From Bacteroidota bacterium (GTDB lineage Bacteria > Bacteroidota > Bacteroidia > Cytophagales > Amoebophilaceae), in the NCBI GenBank assembly GCA_046049605.1, contig JBJORC010000004.1, forward strand, positions 1-35,946: DNA of 35,946 nucleotides. The letters are read 5' to 3'. This document shows positions 1-8,765 of this stretch, piece by piece. The stretch's first letter is position 1. Every line of letters begins with the position of its first letter. A program made the translations under genes and the position numbers. The notes beneath the pieces are model-generated. The model was not told the DNA's origin, did not search any database, and saw nothing but the letters and a program-made list of their open reading frames with translations.

Positions 1-239
1 TTGAGCATCAACAGGGCAGCCATTTTTCTAATGGGGTGGCTCGGCAAGCCTACCTTTCCATAGAGCGGCGCAAACGCCTCCTCTATCTTTTCCCAGGGGA
101 TGGCCCGGGCTAATAGGTAGAGCGAGTGCTGAGGATTCAACTGATGAGAAAGCAGGTTTTTAAACAGATCAGTTTGTTGTTGATGAGGAGATTTTCTGCA
201 AGGTTTTGGATTAAATTTATCCTTTCCTTGCGTTTTTTG
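1..239 (-). mobile_element. IS5-family transposase, N-terminal (DUF772/InsH-like) fragment running off the left edge
   Basis: The minus-strand frame reads QKTQGKDKFNPKPCRKSPHQQQTDLFKNLLSHQLNPQHSLYLLARAIPWEKIEEAFAPLYGKVGLPSHPIRKMAALLMLK and continues past position 1. The pattern (QQ.DLF...L...NP.H.L..LA..I.W..IE..F..LY...G.P..PIR.M..LL.LK) is typical of IS5-family transposase N-termini. There is an in-frame TAG at 240-242 and no ATG/GTG/TTG between it and the conserved block, so the start is unresolved or lost. Confidence 0.6.
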
Positions 240-612
240 CTACGCTATTTTGGGTAAAATTTTCAAAAAATATTCCTTATCGCATAGTAGGCAATGAAAT
301 TCCCCTTTGTTAAGGGGCGACTAAATAAGGTTTATTAACCGATCCTTGATCAATGTTTCGCCTCACCGGCGTAGCCTCGCTTTTTACCTTTTATGTAAAA
401 GGCAGACAGAAAATTACCAGCCTCTCCGAGAAAAGTAAGCACAAGTCCCCTCATTTTTCCAAAGGCGACACTTCTGGAAGGAGGCAGGCCACTATAAAAA
501 CCAATAGGCTTCAAGAATGTCCACCAAAAACACAGGTGACAGCAAATATACTTTTGCAATGGTAGCGTTATGAGTTAAACCTATGAGCGGGTCGTTGTCC
601 TAAAACTTTATG

Positions 613-1080
613 CTATGCCTGACCACGTCGCATAGCCCTTTCCAGATCTCTTTCCTTGATGCTCTGTCGTTTGTCATATAGCTTTTTCCCTTTGGCCAAA
701 GCTATTTGCAGCTTAGCCAACCCCCATTCATTAATAAAAAGCTGAACAGGAATGATCGTTAGTCCTTTTTCCTTGTTGCGCATGAGCTTATTGAGCTCTT
801 TTCTGTTCAAAAGCAGCTTCCGATCCCTGTTTTCAACATGGTTATAAATGTTTCCTTGTGCATATGCTGCAATGTGCATGCTCTTGACCCAAAGCTCTCC
901 TCTAGAGAAGTAGCAATAAGCCTCTTGTAGGCTTACCTCGCCGACTCTAACGGACTTAATCTCTGTGCCGGTCAAGACTATGCCTGCTACATATTTATCC
1001 AGGAATGTATACTCAAAACTCGCCCGCTTGTTTTTGATAACGATGTTCTTGGTTACTTTTTTGTGCTTTGAAGACATCAT
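613..1080 (-). CDS. smpB: SsrA-binding protein SmpB
   Basis: The ORF 613..1128 translation contains NKRASFEY...[10 protein letters not shown]...L.EAY...GELW...MHIAAY...[20 protein letters not shown]....KGLTIIPV, the canonical SmpB pattern. I placed the start at the MMSSKHKK Met (1080) for a typical length of about 155 aa; the longer upstream extension has no SmpB similarity. Confidence 0.9.
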   Translation of the reverse strand: MMSSKHKKVTKNIVIKNKRASFEYTFLDKYVAGIVLTGTEIKSVRVGEVSLQEAYCYFSRGELWVKSMHIAAYAQGNIYNHVENRDRKLLLNRKELNKLMRNKEKGLTIIPVQLFINEWGLAKLQIALAKGKKLYDKRQSIKERDLERAMRRGQA

Positions 1081-1241
1081 ATTACGCGAATCCATGCATT
1101 GGGTAATTGTAACGGTTATAAGGGTCAAAAATGAATAACTAAGTCACGCTCTTCTATCGAAAGAGTTGCCATTTGAGCCTCACACTGTGTCGTTGCGTCT
1201 CTGGTACGCACACCAGCTGTCATCGACCTCCGATTTACCAT

Positions 1242-2264
1242 TCACAAAGACATCCTAGGTCTGGCAGTTACTTGCAAGTTGCAAAAATCACCTACCAAGT
1301 ACTGGTAGTAGGCTGTGATAGCAATCATGGCTGCATTATCTGTGCAGTAGGCTAATTGCGGCATAAATACTTCCCAGCCCTCTTTCTCAGCCAGCTGCTT
1401 CAACTGACTTCTTAGGCCCGAATTAGCTGCAACACCACCCGCTACTGCGATGATTTTAATGCCTGTTTGAGCAACCGCTTTTTTTAGTTTTTCGAGGAGC
1501 ATGCTGATCAAAACAGCCTGAATGCTTGCACAAAGATCATCTCGGTGCTTGGCCACAAACTGGGCGTCTTTTTTCTGTTGCTCCCGGAGAAAATAGAGAA
1601 AAGCTGTTTTAATACCACTGAAAGAAAAATGGAGGTGAGGTACGTTGGTGGATGGAAACTGAAAGCTTTGTGGATCACCCCGTCGTGCATACTGGTCAAT
1701 GAGCGGCCCCCCAGGGTAGGGGAGGTCCATCAGTTTGCCTATCTTGTCGAAAGCCTCTCCTATGGCGTCGTCTTGTGTTTCTCCAATGACCTCCATGCAC
1801 AAGTGGTCCTTGACAAGGACTAGTTGAGTGTGCCCACCGCTCGCTGTTAGCCCGAGTAATGGAAAAGTAGGGCAAGGCTCTTCAATAAAATTGGCCAAGA
1901 TATGTGCACGCATATGATGTACAGCGATAAGCGGAATATCCAGCGAAAAAGCAACAGACTTGGCAAAAGCAGTGCCCACAAGCAATGCCCCTAATAACCC
2001 TGGTCCTTGTGTAAAGGCTACTGCATCCAACTTAGCTTGGGCAATGTTGGCTTGCTGCATAGCTTGCCTGATTACAGGAACCAGGTGTTGCTGGTGTGCA
2101 CGCGAAGCTAATTCGGGGACAATTCCCCCATATTGTGCATGCACCGTTTGGGCAGCTATCACGTTGCTTGCTATCTTGCCATTGCAAATGACAGCTGCCG
2201 CTGTCTCATCACACGAGGTTTCAATCGCCAATATTACTGGATTGCTCTTTCGCATTGAATACAC
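1242..2264 (-). CDS. tsaD: tRNA N6-adenosine threonylcarbamoyltransferase TsaD
   Basis: N-terminus ILAIETSCDETAAAV, then GGIVPELASRAHQQ, GPGLLGALLVG and AVHHMRAHI, which are hallmark TsaD/Kae1 motifs. Length is 340 aa. The start may be Met4 (2255) rather than 2264. Confidence 0.92.
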   Translation of the reverse strand: MYSMRKSNPVILAIETSCDETAAAVICNGKIASNVIAAQTVHAQYGGIVPELASRAHQQHLVPVIRQAMQQANIAQAKLDAVAFTQGPGLLGALLVGTAFAKSVAFSLDIPLIAVHHMRAHILANFIEEPCPTFPLLGLTASGGHTQLVLVKDHLCMEVIGETQDDAIGEAFDKIGKLMDLPYPGGPLIDQYARRGDPQSFQFPSTNVPHLHFSFSGIKTAFLYFLREQQKKDAQFVAKHRDDLCASIQAVLISMLLEKLKKAVAQTGIKIIAVAGGVAANSGLRSQLKQLAEKEGWEVFMPQLAYCTDNAAMIAITAYYQYLVGDFCNLQVTARPRMSL

Positions 2265-5200
2265 CTAGAGGAAGAACGAAGCTAATCAAAAAAAGTATAG
2301 GCAAGCTCCTGAAATGGCTTTCGGTGGCTACGCTTGGCCTGCTCATGAGCACTTTTGTAGCGCTGCAGCTTCCCTGTGTCCAAAATTGCTTGTTTGGAAT
2401 ACTCCTGCGGCACCTGAGTCATACTACCCAGTTTGCCATCACCCACCAGTGCTTTCAGCTCAAATGGCTGTGCCATGCCTCGCTTACTGGGCTTACCATT
2501 AAAGATCCCCAAGACAACACCATGCTGGCCATCAACCAACTGGCACTCAAGGTAAACCCTTTCCAGCTACTAATGAACACGTTCATTACGCTGAAAACTG
2601 TTCTTGTAGAAGGTGCCCAGGTGCATCTGTGCAAAGAGGGGGAGGAAGGTTATAACATTCACGTCTTGCTTCAGCGACTGGCGGGCGCTACAAAGCCGGC
2701 ATCAGCAACACGGCATGTGACCCCGTTTTTGATTGAAAGGGCTTATTTAAGAGACATAACATTTTCAGTGGATGACCAGCAAACTGCGCCACTGCAAGAC
2801 GCTTTTGATACCAGGCACCTCACCCTACATAAAATTGATGCTGAGCTAGCCAACCTAAAAGTCCAAACCAATACGTTAGCAGTAGACATTTGTCATTTTA
2901 CGGGAAAACATGCTGATAGGCCGTTATCTGTAGACCATTTTAGTACCTCTCTGATTGTTGCTCCAGATAGCGTAGAATTCAAAGCGCTACAGCTTCGGAC
3001 CGGGTGTAGTACCCTTGAGGGAAGTTGTACCCTCACCTATGACTCCTCGTTGCCTCCAGCAGCGTTCAGGGATAGTGTGCACATGACAGCATGCATAAAC
3101 AGTGCCGTCGTTTCTGCCGAAGAGTTGGCCGTCTTTGTACCCTATTTTAGGCAGCATAAGTCTTCTTATACTTTTAGTGGTACGATGGATGGCAAGGTCA
3201 ATGACTTTCACGTCAAAGACTTACAGCTTGGTTTCGGAGAACAAGGTAGCTACTTAGAGGGCTTTCTAAGCCTGCGAGGGTTGCCGGATGTGCAAGAGGC
3301 AATATTTGATATGGAACTGCAACAGGGAACTCTGCATACCCAAGATTTACTTCCTTATCTGGACGAAAAGCGCCACAAGCTGATAGAGAAATTTCTTTTT
3401 TTGAAAACGAAAGGTCGTTTCTATGGTACGTTGGCTGATTTTATAGCCAAAGCTACTTTCGATACCCACCTAGGCAAGGTGACTACCGACCTGGAGGTTC
3501 GGATCAACTCTGCTGCTCAACGTACAATGTACAAAGGTGCTATTGCTACCAGTGATTTTGAGTTAGGCATCTGGTTGAATAATCCTGCTATACAGCAGCT
3601 AACCATGAAGAGCCAAATAGATGGAGAGGGCCCAAGTTGGGCCGCGGCACACTTCCAATTAGAGGCCAACATTCATAAGCTTGGTTGTAACGACTACGTA
3701 TATAAAAACATCTGTACCCATGGGAATTTTTCCCGAGCGATTTTTCAAGGAAAGCTCACTGTCGATGATCCCCACCTGCAGCTCCGGGCTGATGTGGCCA
3801 TCAACCTAAACGGAGATACAGAAAGAATGGTTGTAGAGGGTACCTTAGACAGAGCTTGTTTGCAAGCGCTGCGACTCACTGACCGCCGTGCCACCTTGCA
3901 TACCCAATTGTCTATTGTCATGGAGGGCCTATCGTTGGATAATATCAAGGCAGATGCTAAGCTGCACCAGTTTTGTTTTGACCTAGAAGGCAAGGAAATA
4001 CGATTAGACGCTTTACATATTCGTGCAGACCGAGGAGATTTCGGCCATCTATTGGAGGTAGACTCAGCACTATTCGCCCTCAGGGCCGAGGGGAATTTTT
4101 CCTATGCTAGTCTAGCTAGCGATTTTAAACAGTTCATACAAGGTTATCAACGTCATTTGATGCATGCCGAGCGGTCCCCCCAGAGGTACACGCTTCAGCC
4201 TTATACACTCGCCTACCAGCTTCATTGCAGAGACATTAACCCGCTGCTCCATGTTTTTGGTATTGATGCGTATGTGTCGCCCAATACCCAATTTGAGGGC
4301 AGTTTTTCACAGCGGGAGGAAGCAAATCTCTCCTTACGCCTTGCTGAGGCAGCGTCCTTTGCTTTTAATAAAAATAGATGGGAAGGTACGCAGCTGGAGC
4401 TATCCGTCAGCCAATCTAAAGATGGTCAGTCAGTATCGGCTGTGGTGCAACTAGCTTCTAAGGAGCAGCAATGGGGGACACTCAATACCACAGAAGATCT
4501 GGCCTTAACCATCTGCTGGAGCAACGATCAGATCAATTTTAGCAGCAGCCTTGGCAAGCAGGGGAGTGGTAACCAGATTAGTGTACAGGGCCAGGTAGTC
4601 TTGTTGGACAATACCATAGAGATTGCATTGATGCCCCCTCAGGGGGAACTGGCTGACAATCGGTGGCATATACATCCAGATAATCGCATTACGCTTGGCA
4701 GATCATGGGCACGGTTTCAAAACTTTACGTTTCGTAAGGGGCAACAACAAGTTAGTTTTTTTGGCACTTTATCTGCTGATCCTACTGAAGTACTGCACCT
4801 AGAAATTAAAGATTGCTCATTAGAAAACCTTAACCTGTTGGTCGGTAAGCCAGTTACAGGAGTGCTCAATGCAGCAGCTGTACTACAAGGTACACTGGAC
4901 CAGCCGTACATGAACAGTGACATCACCCTTGAAAAGCTTACCATTGATAATTTTTTGGTAGGCGATATGCATGTACGTACTGGTTGGGATCATGCCTGGC
5001 AGCGATTCAACATGGCCTGCCAGGTAGATTACTTAAAACAACAAACCGTGGCTATCCAGGGCTTCTATGAGCCGCGAAAAGAAGCGAACAGCCTGCAACT
5101 CACAGTCCATTTTTCTCATGCCCCATTGGCTGCCTTAGCGCCTTTTGTAGCCAATCAGTTATCGCAATTAGCTGGTGAGCTTAACGGTACTATCTACATC

Positions 5201-6727
5201 AATGGTAGTCCAGCTAGTCCCGGTGTCACGGGTGGAGCTAGCATTACAGATGCAGCTGTGAGGGTTAATTATTTCAATACGCTTTATCAGGTGAGTGGGA
5301 CATTGACCTTTGCTGATCAGGTGATCAACATCACCACACTCCGCTTGTCTGATGACCAACAAGGCGAAGCAGTATTGCAGGGTAGCATTGCTCACAGAGG
5401 CTTTAAGGACTTTCAAATCGACGCAGAAGGCAGTATAACAAATTTCAAGCTACTCAACACCGCTGCAAAAGACAATGAATACTTTTATGGAACTGGTATT
5501 TTGAGTGGTAGTTTGACTGCCTCTGGTCCTCTCAACAACATGGCGGTATGCCTGAAAGCAAAAACGGATCCGGGCACCAATATCTTCATTCCGGTGCGCG
5601 GGGCCAATAATGCAGTGGCGCAATACGACTTCATCCGGTTTGTGAATTTTAAGGCCCAATATAAAGACGAAGCAGCTCAGACCAAACAAATTGCCTTGCA
5701 GGGTTTCGAGCTTGCGTTACTACTAGAGATCACGCCTGATGCCCAAACAGAGATTATCCTGGATGCAAAGACTGGTGATGCCATCAAAGGGCGAGGCAAA
5801 GGCAACATAAACCTAGAAGTAGATAGCGAGGGAGCACTTGCGATGTCGGGCGGGTTTGAGTTTTTAGCAGGAGAGTACAATCTTTCTCTCTACCATATCG
5901 TCAATAGAACTTTCAAGATTCTACCAGAGAGCAAGATTACCTGGCACGACAGCCCTGCAAAAGGCATAATGGATGTCAGAGCAGTGTATGAGCAGCGGGT
6001 TGCACTAGCATCCCTCTTGGGTAGCTCGGGAGGAGCAGGACGGGCCCAAAAAAAGTATCCAGTACAAGTGGCAGCAAAACTGCAAGGAGAGCTCCTGTCG
6101 CCTAAAAAAAGCTTTACAATCGACTTTCCAGAATATTCCAGTGAGTTAGCCACGGTCGTTAATGAGTTTAAGCAGAAGGCATCTCAAGACAAGCAGTATG
6201 CAGAAACCCAGGCGTTGAGCTTATTACTCTTCCAAGAAGTTGCTAATAAACAGATACCAGGGGCGGGTAGTAATACTGTTGGTAGACATTTTAGCGCACT
6301 TGTTTCTCAGCAATTAAGCAACCTTACTTCTAACCTGGATGATAACCTGGAAGTTGATGTAGAGGTTGATCTAGCAGAATTAGGAAATAAAAATCTTGAC
6401 AATGTACATCTTAATCTTTCCTATAATCTTGTTGATGGGAGACTTCGGGTGTCTAGACAAGGAAGCATCTTCGGTAATACAGCGCGTGCCTGGAGTACAG
6501 CCCAATTGGTAGGCGACTGGACAGTGGAGTATGTACTTACCAAGGATGGAAGACTCAGGGCCAAACTATACAATAAGCATACTACCAATGCTGCGTATAT
6601 GGGTACAGAGGAGGCAGCAATATTTACTGGAGGGGTTAGTTTGCTGTATTTCAAAGGATTTAACCACTGGCGGGAGTTGTTAAGAAACAGCAAGGAGGTT
6701 GCGAAAAAAGCTGGTGAACAGCAATAG
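2255..6727 (+). CDS. tamB: TamB-like translocation and assembly module protein (giant envelope protein, DUF490-type C-terminus)
   Basis: A 1490-aa ORF. It has a basic N-terminus plus one hydrophobic anchor (KLIKKSIGKLLKWLSVATLGLLMSTFVALQLPCVQ), a long beta-rich body, and a C-terminal segment (LSYNLVDGRLRVSRQG...WTVEYVLTKDGRLRAKLYNK) typical of TamB/DUF490 proteins. The only plausible start retaining the anchor is TTG at 2255. Confidence 0.75.
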   Translation: MNTPRGRTKLIKKSIGKLLKWLSVATLGLLMSTFVALQLPCVQNCLFGILLRHLSHTTQFAITHQCFQLKWLCHASLTGLTIKDPQDNTMLAINQLALKVNPFQLLMNTFITLKTVLVEGAQVHLCKEGEEGYNIHVLLQRLAGATKPASATRHVTPFLIERAYLRDITFSVDDQQTAPLQDAFDTRHLTLHKIDAELANLKVQTNTLAVDICHFTGKHADRPLSVDHFSTSLIVAPDSVEFKALQLRTGCSTLEGSCTLTYDSSLPPAAFRDSVHMTACINSAVVSAEELAVFVPYFRQHKSSYTFSGTMDGKVNDFHVKDLQLGFGEQGSYLEGFLSLRGLPDVQEAIFDMELQQGTLHTQDLLPYLDEKRHKLIEKFLFLKTKGRFYGTLADFIAKATFDTHLGKVTTDLEVRINSAAQRTMYKGAIATSDFELGIWLNNPAIQQLTMKSQIDGEGPSWAAAHFQLEANIHKLGCNDYVYKNICTHGNFSRAIFQGKLTVDDPHLQLRADVAINLNGDTERMVVEGTLDRACLQALRLTDRRATLHTQLSIVMEGLSLDNIKADAKLHQFCFDLEGKEIRLDALHIRADRGDFGHLLEVDSALFALRAEGNFSYASLASDFKQFIQGYQRHLMHAERSPQRYTLQPYTLAYQLHCRDINPLLHVFGIDAYVSPNTQFEGSFSQREEANLSLRLAEAASFAFNKNRWEGTQLELSVSQSKDGQSVSAVVQLASKEQQWGTLNTTEDLALTICWSNDQINFSSSLGKQGSGNQISVQGQVVLLDNTIEIALMPPQGELADNRWHIHPDNRITLGRSWARFQNFTFRKGQQQVSFFGTLSADPTEVLHLEIKDCSLENLNLLVGKPVTGVLNAAAVLQGTLDQPYMNSDITLEKLTIDNFLVGDMHVRTGWDHAWQRFNMACQVDYLKQQTVAIQGFYEPRKEANSLQLTVHFSHAPLAALAPFVANQLSQLAGELNGTIYINGSPASPGVTGGASITDAAVRVNYFNTLYQVSGTLTFADQVINITTLRLSDDQQGEAVLQGSIAHRGFKDFQIDAEGSITNFKLLNTAAKDNEYFYGTGILSGSLTASGPLNNMAVCLKAKTDPGTNIFIPVRGANNAVAQYDFIRFVNFKAQYKDEAAQTKQIALQGFELALLLEITPDAQTEIILDAKTGDAIKGRGKGNINLEVDSEGALAMSGGFEFLAGEYNLSLYHIVNRTFKILPESKITWHDSPAKGIMDVRAVYEQRVALASLLGSSGGAGRAQKKYPVQVAAKLQGELLSPKKSFTIDFPEYSSELATVVNEFKQKASQDKQYAETQALSLLLFQEVANKQIPGAGSNTVGRHFSALVSQQLSNLTSNLDDNLEVDVEVDLAELGNKNLDNVHLNLSYNLVDGRLRVSRQGSIFGNTARAWSTAQLVGDWTVEYVLTKDGRLRAKLYNKHTTNAAYMGTEEAAIFTGGVSLLYFKGFNHWRELLRNSKEVAKKAGEQQ

Positions 6728-6939
6728 AGCGGAGTTGACTATGTGTTTTCGACAACAATATCCAACCTGCTCCCCCGAGGAAGATTGGTCCATTTTGGCT
6801 GCTTCCTCTAATTTAGGGTAGGGAGAAATTTTCTCAAAGAATCATCACTTGCTAATACTTGACAGGTAATAATAGCGTAAAATTTGTGTCAGCACCCCTG
6901 CCTATGAACTTGTTTTTCGCGGTGTCCTCCTTTTTAGGG

Positions 6940-7812
6940 TCATGCACTGCTGTCCGTATTCTCAGCCGGTGAGGGAGGAGTCGGAGTTTGTATTGTTATC
7001 GTGGGAGGTGGTGATGCTGAAGGGTTTTTAAATTCCGTATCATATACGTGTTTGCAATCCAATAATGCTTGGAGCAGTTTTTCTGCTAGTTCCTTCTCAG
7101 GGTTATCAACTTGCACATCGTTCGCACGCTTTTCTAACTCGGCAGTGTGTAAGTCTTGCCATGCTCTGACAAATGCTAAGCAATATCGGCTGCTTAAACG
7201 ATGAGCTAGGAGGGTATTTTTTGCTAGCGAATAAACCTCTTCGAGCTGCTGCCGTAAGTTCTCAAGTTCCGTTTCAAGTTCTCCTTTGCCACTTCGGGAG
7301 GCTGTGTTAGCCGCTTCGAGCTGGTGCCGTAAGTTCTCAAGTTTCGTTTCAAGTTCTCCTTTGCCACTTTGGGAGGCTGTATTAGCCGCTTCGAGCTGCT
7401 GTCGTAAGTTCTCAAGTTTCGTTTCAAGTTCTCCTTTACCACTTTGGGAGGCTGTATTAGCCGCTGCGAGCTGCTGCCGTAAGTTCTCAAGTTCCGTTTC
7501 AAGTTCTCCTTTGCCACTTCGGGAGGCTGTGTTAGCCGCTTCGAGCCGCTGTCGTAAGTTCTCAAGTTCCGTTTCAAGTTCTCCTTTGCCACTTTGGGAG
7601 GCTGTATTAACCGTTTCGAGCTGCTGCCGTAAGTTCTCAAGTTTCGTTTCAAGTTCTCCTTTGCCACTTTGGGACGCTGCATTAGCCGCTTCGAGCTGCT
7701 GTTTCAGTGCTTCTACGTCATCACTCCGTGCAGCTTGGTTGGTGCACTGAACGAATAAGAAAAAACACACAACAGAAACTATATGTTTTTTGTTGACCAT
7801 GATCTTTTGCAT
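6940..7812 (-). CDS. Secreted or lipid-anchored repeat protein: six and a half copies of a 25-aa coiled-coil unit plus a Pro-rich tail (function unknown)
   Basis: A 290-aa ORF. The N-terminal hydrophobic segment is MVNKKHIVSVVCFFLFVQC. The repeats are LENLRQQLEAANTASQSGKGELET(K/E). The C-terminus is a non-repeat domain followed by PSASPPPTITIQTPTPPSPAENTDSSA. Its ATG overlaps the stop of the upstream gene (TAATG). Confidence 0.75.
   Translation of the reverse strand: MQKIMVNKKHIVSVVCFFLFVQCTNQAARSDDVEALKQQLEAANAASQSGKGELETKLENLRQQLETVNTASQSGKGELETELENLRQRLEAANTASRSGKGELETELENLRQQLAAANTASQSGKGELETKLENLRQQLEAANTASQSGKGELETKLENLRHQLEAANTASRSGKGELETELENLRQQLEEVYSLAKNTLLAHRLSSRYCLAFVRAWQDLHTAELEKRANDVQVDNPEKELAEKLLQALLDCKHVYDTEFKNPSASPPPTITIQTPTPPSPAENTDSSA
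7241..7705. repeat. 75-bp tandem repeat array, 6 full units plus a 12-15 nt partial seventh, in frame within CDS 6940..7812
   Basis: Unit starts (tcgag/gcgag) fall at 7241, 7316, 7391, 7466, 7541, 7616 and 7691, an exact 75-nt period. Units differ at only a few positions. Confidence 0.95.
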
Positions 7813-8714
7813 TAACCTTCCCCTCCGGGTTGGACTCTACCTAACCTAGTTGTTACAGAGGAAACTTGACTCTCCATCATATGAACACTCTGCGATTCGT
7901 CTTGCTTGGTTTTTTGCACCCTAATTTCTGATTGTAGAATTCTCAATTTTGAGAGACTTGTATTCAGAGTTTGCTGCAGTCTCTCCTCTCTTTCTTTTGA
8001 TGTTTGCAATTCTGCTTCTGCAGCAGCAAAAGAATTCGACATTTTTCTCCACATCCAAGCACCAACAACCGCTCCTCCAATCGCCGCTCCTCCTACAGCA
8101 CTACTATAAGGCCCCACGTGTATTGGCCATCTTTCTTCCGTGTTGGCCGTCTCTGCGGGTAGCGGGCTTCGTTTATTCAAACATAATTGGTAACGCTCAT
8201 TTGCCTCTCCGAAATTTCTTTCTGAGTGATCCAACTCATTCCGGGCGGCATTTAGTTGATCACTTAAGCTATTGGACCAATTCTTTGCATGATCGAGGTC
8301 TTCCTGGCACCTCTTGAGGTCTTCTTCGTGTTTTACCAAGCTCCCTGTCCTATCTTTCAGCCGATCCTTTGCAAGGTCAAGATCCTCTAGACAGGTATTT
8401 AAATCTTCTTCAGCAATCCTTGCAGTCGTTTTCAATTTCTGGGTGTCCAGGTCAAGGGGAGGGACACAAAAAATCTCACGAAAACGCGGTACTAATTTAC
8501 GTTCATGGCACCAGTTACCTTTTGCGGCGCAGTCGTAAGGCTCCTCAAATGCGTAGAAAGTTCCAAACTTTTTTGAGCCTATACTACTACTTTGCATACC
8601 GGTAGCGTCTGTCTCTTCGGCCATCGCCAACATAGGGTGCTTCTTACAGCCGAAGAGCGTAGTGGCGCCTAACAAGAGGGTGCCCATGAGGTGCGAGAGC
8701 TTGTCATACTTCAT
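7812..8714 (-). CDS. Putative lipoprotein with coiled-coil, glycine-zipper hydrophobic segment, coiled-coil architecture (function unknown)
   Basis: A 300-aa ORF. The signal peptide ends in a lipobox-like LFGC (MKYDKLSHLMGTLLLGATTLFGC). A Cys-containing N-domain is followed by heptad-rich charged segments at about aa 95-175 and 225-265, which flank GPYSSAVGGAAIGGAVVGAWMW. Confidence 0.7.
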   Translation of the reverse strand: MKYDKLSHLMGTLLLGATTLFGCKKHPMLAMAEETDATGMQSSSIGSKKFGTFYAFEEPYDCAAKGNWCHERKLVPRFREIFCVPPLDLDTQKLKTTARIAEEDLNTCLEDLDLAKDRLKDRTGSLVKHEEDLKRCQEDLDHAKNWSNSLSDQLNAARNELDHSERNFGEANERYQLCLNKRSPLPAETANTEERWPIHVGPYSSAVGGAAIGGAVVGAWMWRKMSNSFAAAEAELQTSKEREERLQQTLNTSLSKLRILQSEIRVQKTKQDESQSVHMMESQVSSVTTRLGRVQPGGEG

Positions 8715-8765
8715 GAGGTGGATTTTAAACTCTTCCGGGTACCTGACAGGACACTAATGTTACTA

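Noticed and set aside
350-565. ORFs 350..559 (minus) and 353..565 (plus)
   Set aside because: These are mirror-image ORFs of about 70 codons with odd compositions (Cys/Trp-rich or Lys/Ser-rich) and no recognisable motif. They are probably non-coding or relic sequence.
240-612. tmRNA (ssrA) or another structured RNA next to smpB
   Set aside because: I looked on both strands for a tRNA-like acceptor/T-arm (GGTTCGAATCC-type) and the 5' GGGG start and found neither. I also saw no RNase P P4-type GAGGAAAGTCC. I cannot exclude other small RNAs without a covariance-model search.
7241-7705. Possibility that the regular repeats are a CRISPR array
   Set aside because: The units are directly abutting 75-nt copies with no unique spacers, lie in frame inside a long ORF, and no cas genes are present.
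7224-7750. Long alternative-frame and antisense ORFs across the repeat array (7224..7682 minus, 152 aa; 7286..7750 plus, 154 aa)
   Set aside because: They stay open only because a stop-free 75-nt unit is iterated. Their products are repetitive low-complexity strings (e.g. KVAKENLKRNLRTYGSSSKRL) with no signal or start context. The 6940..7812 frame has a signal peptide, non-repeat termini and a coupled start, so it is the coding frame.
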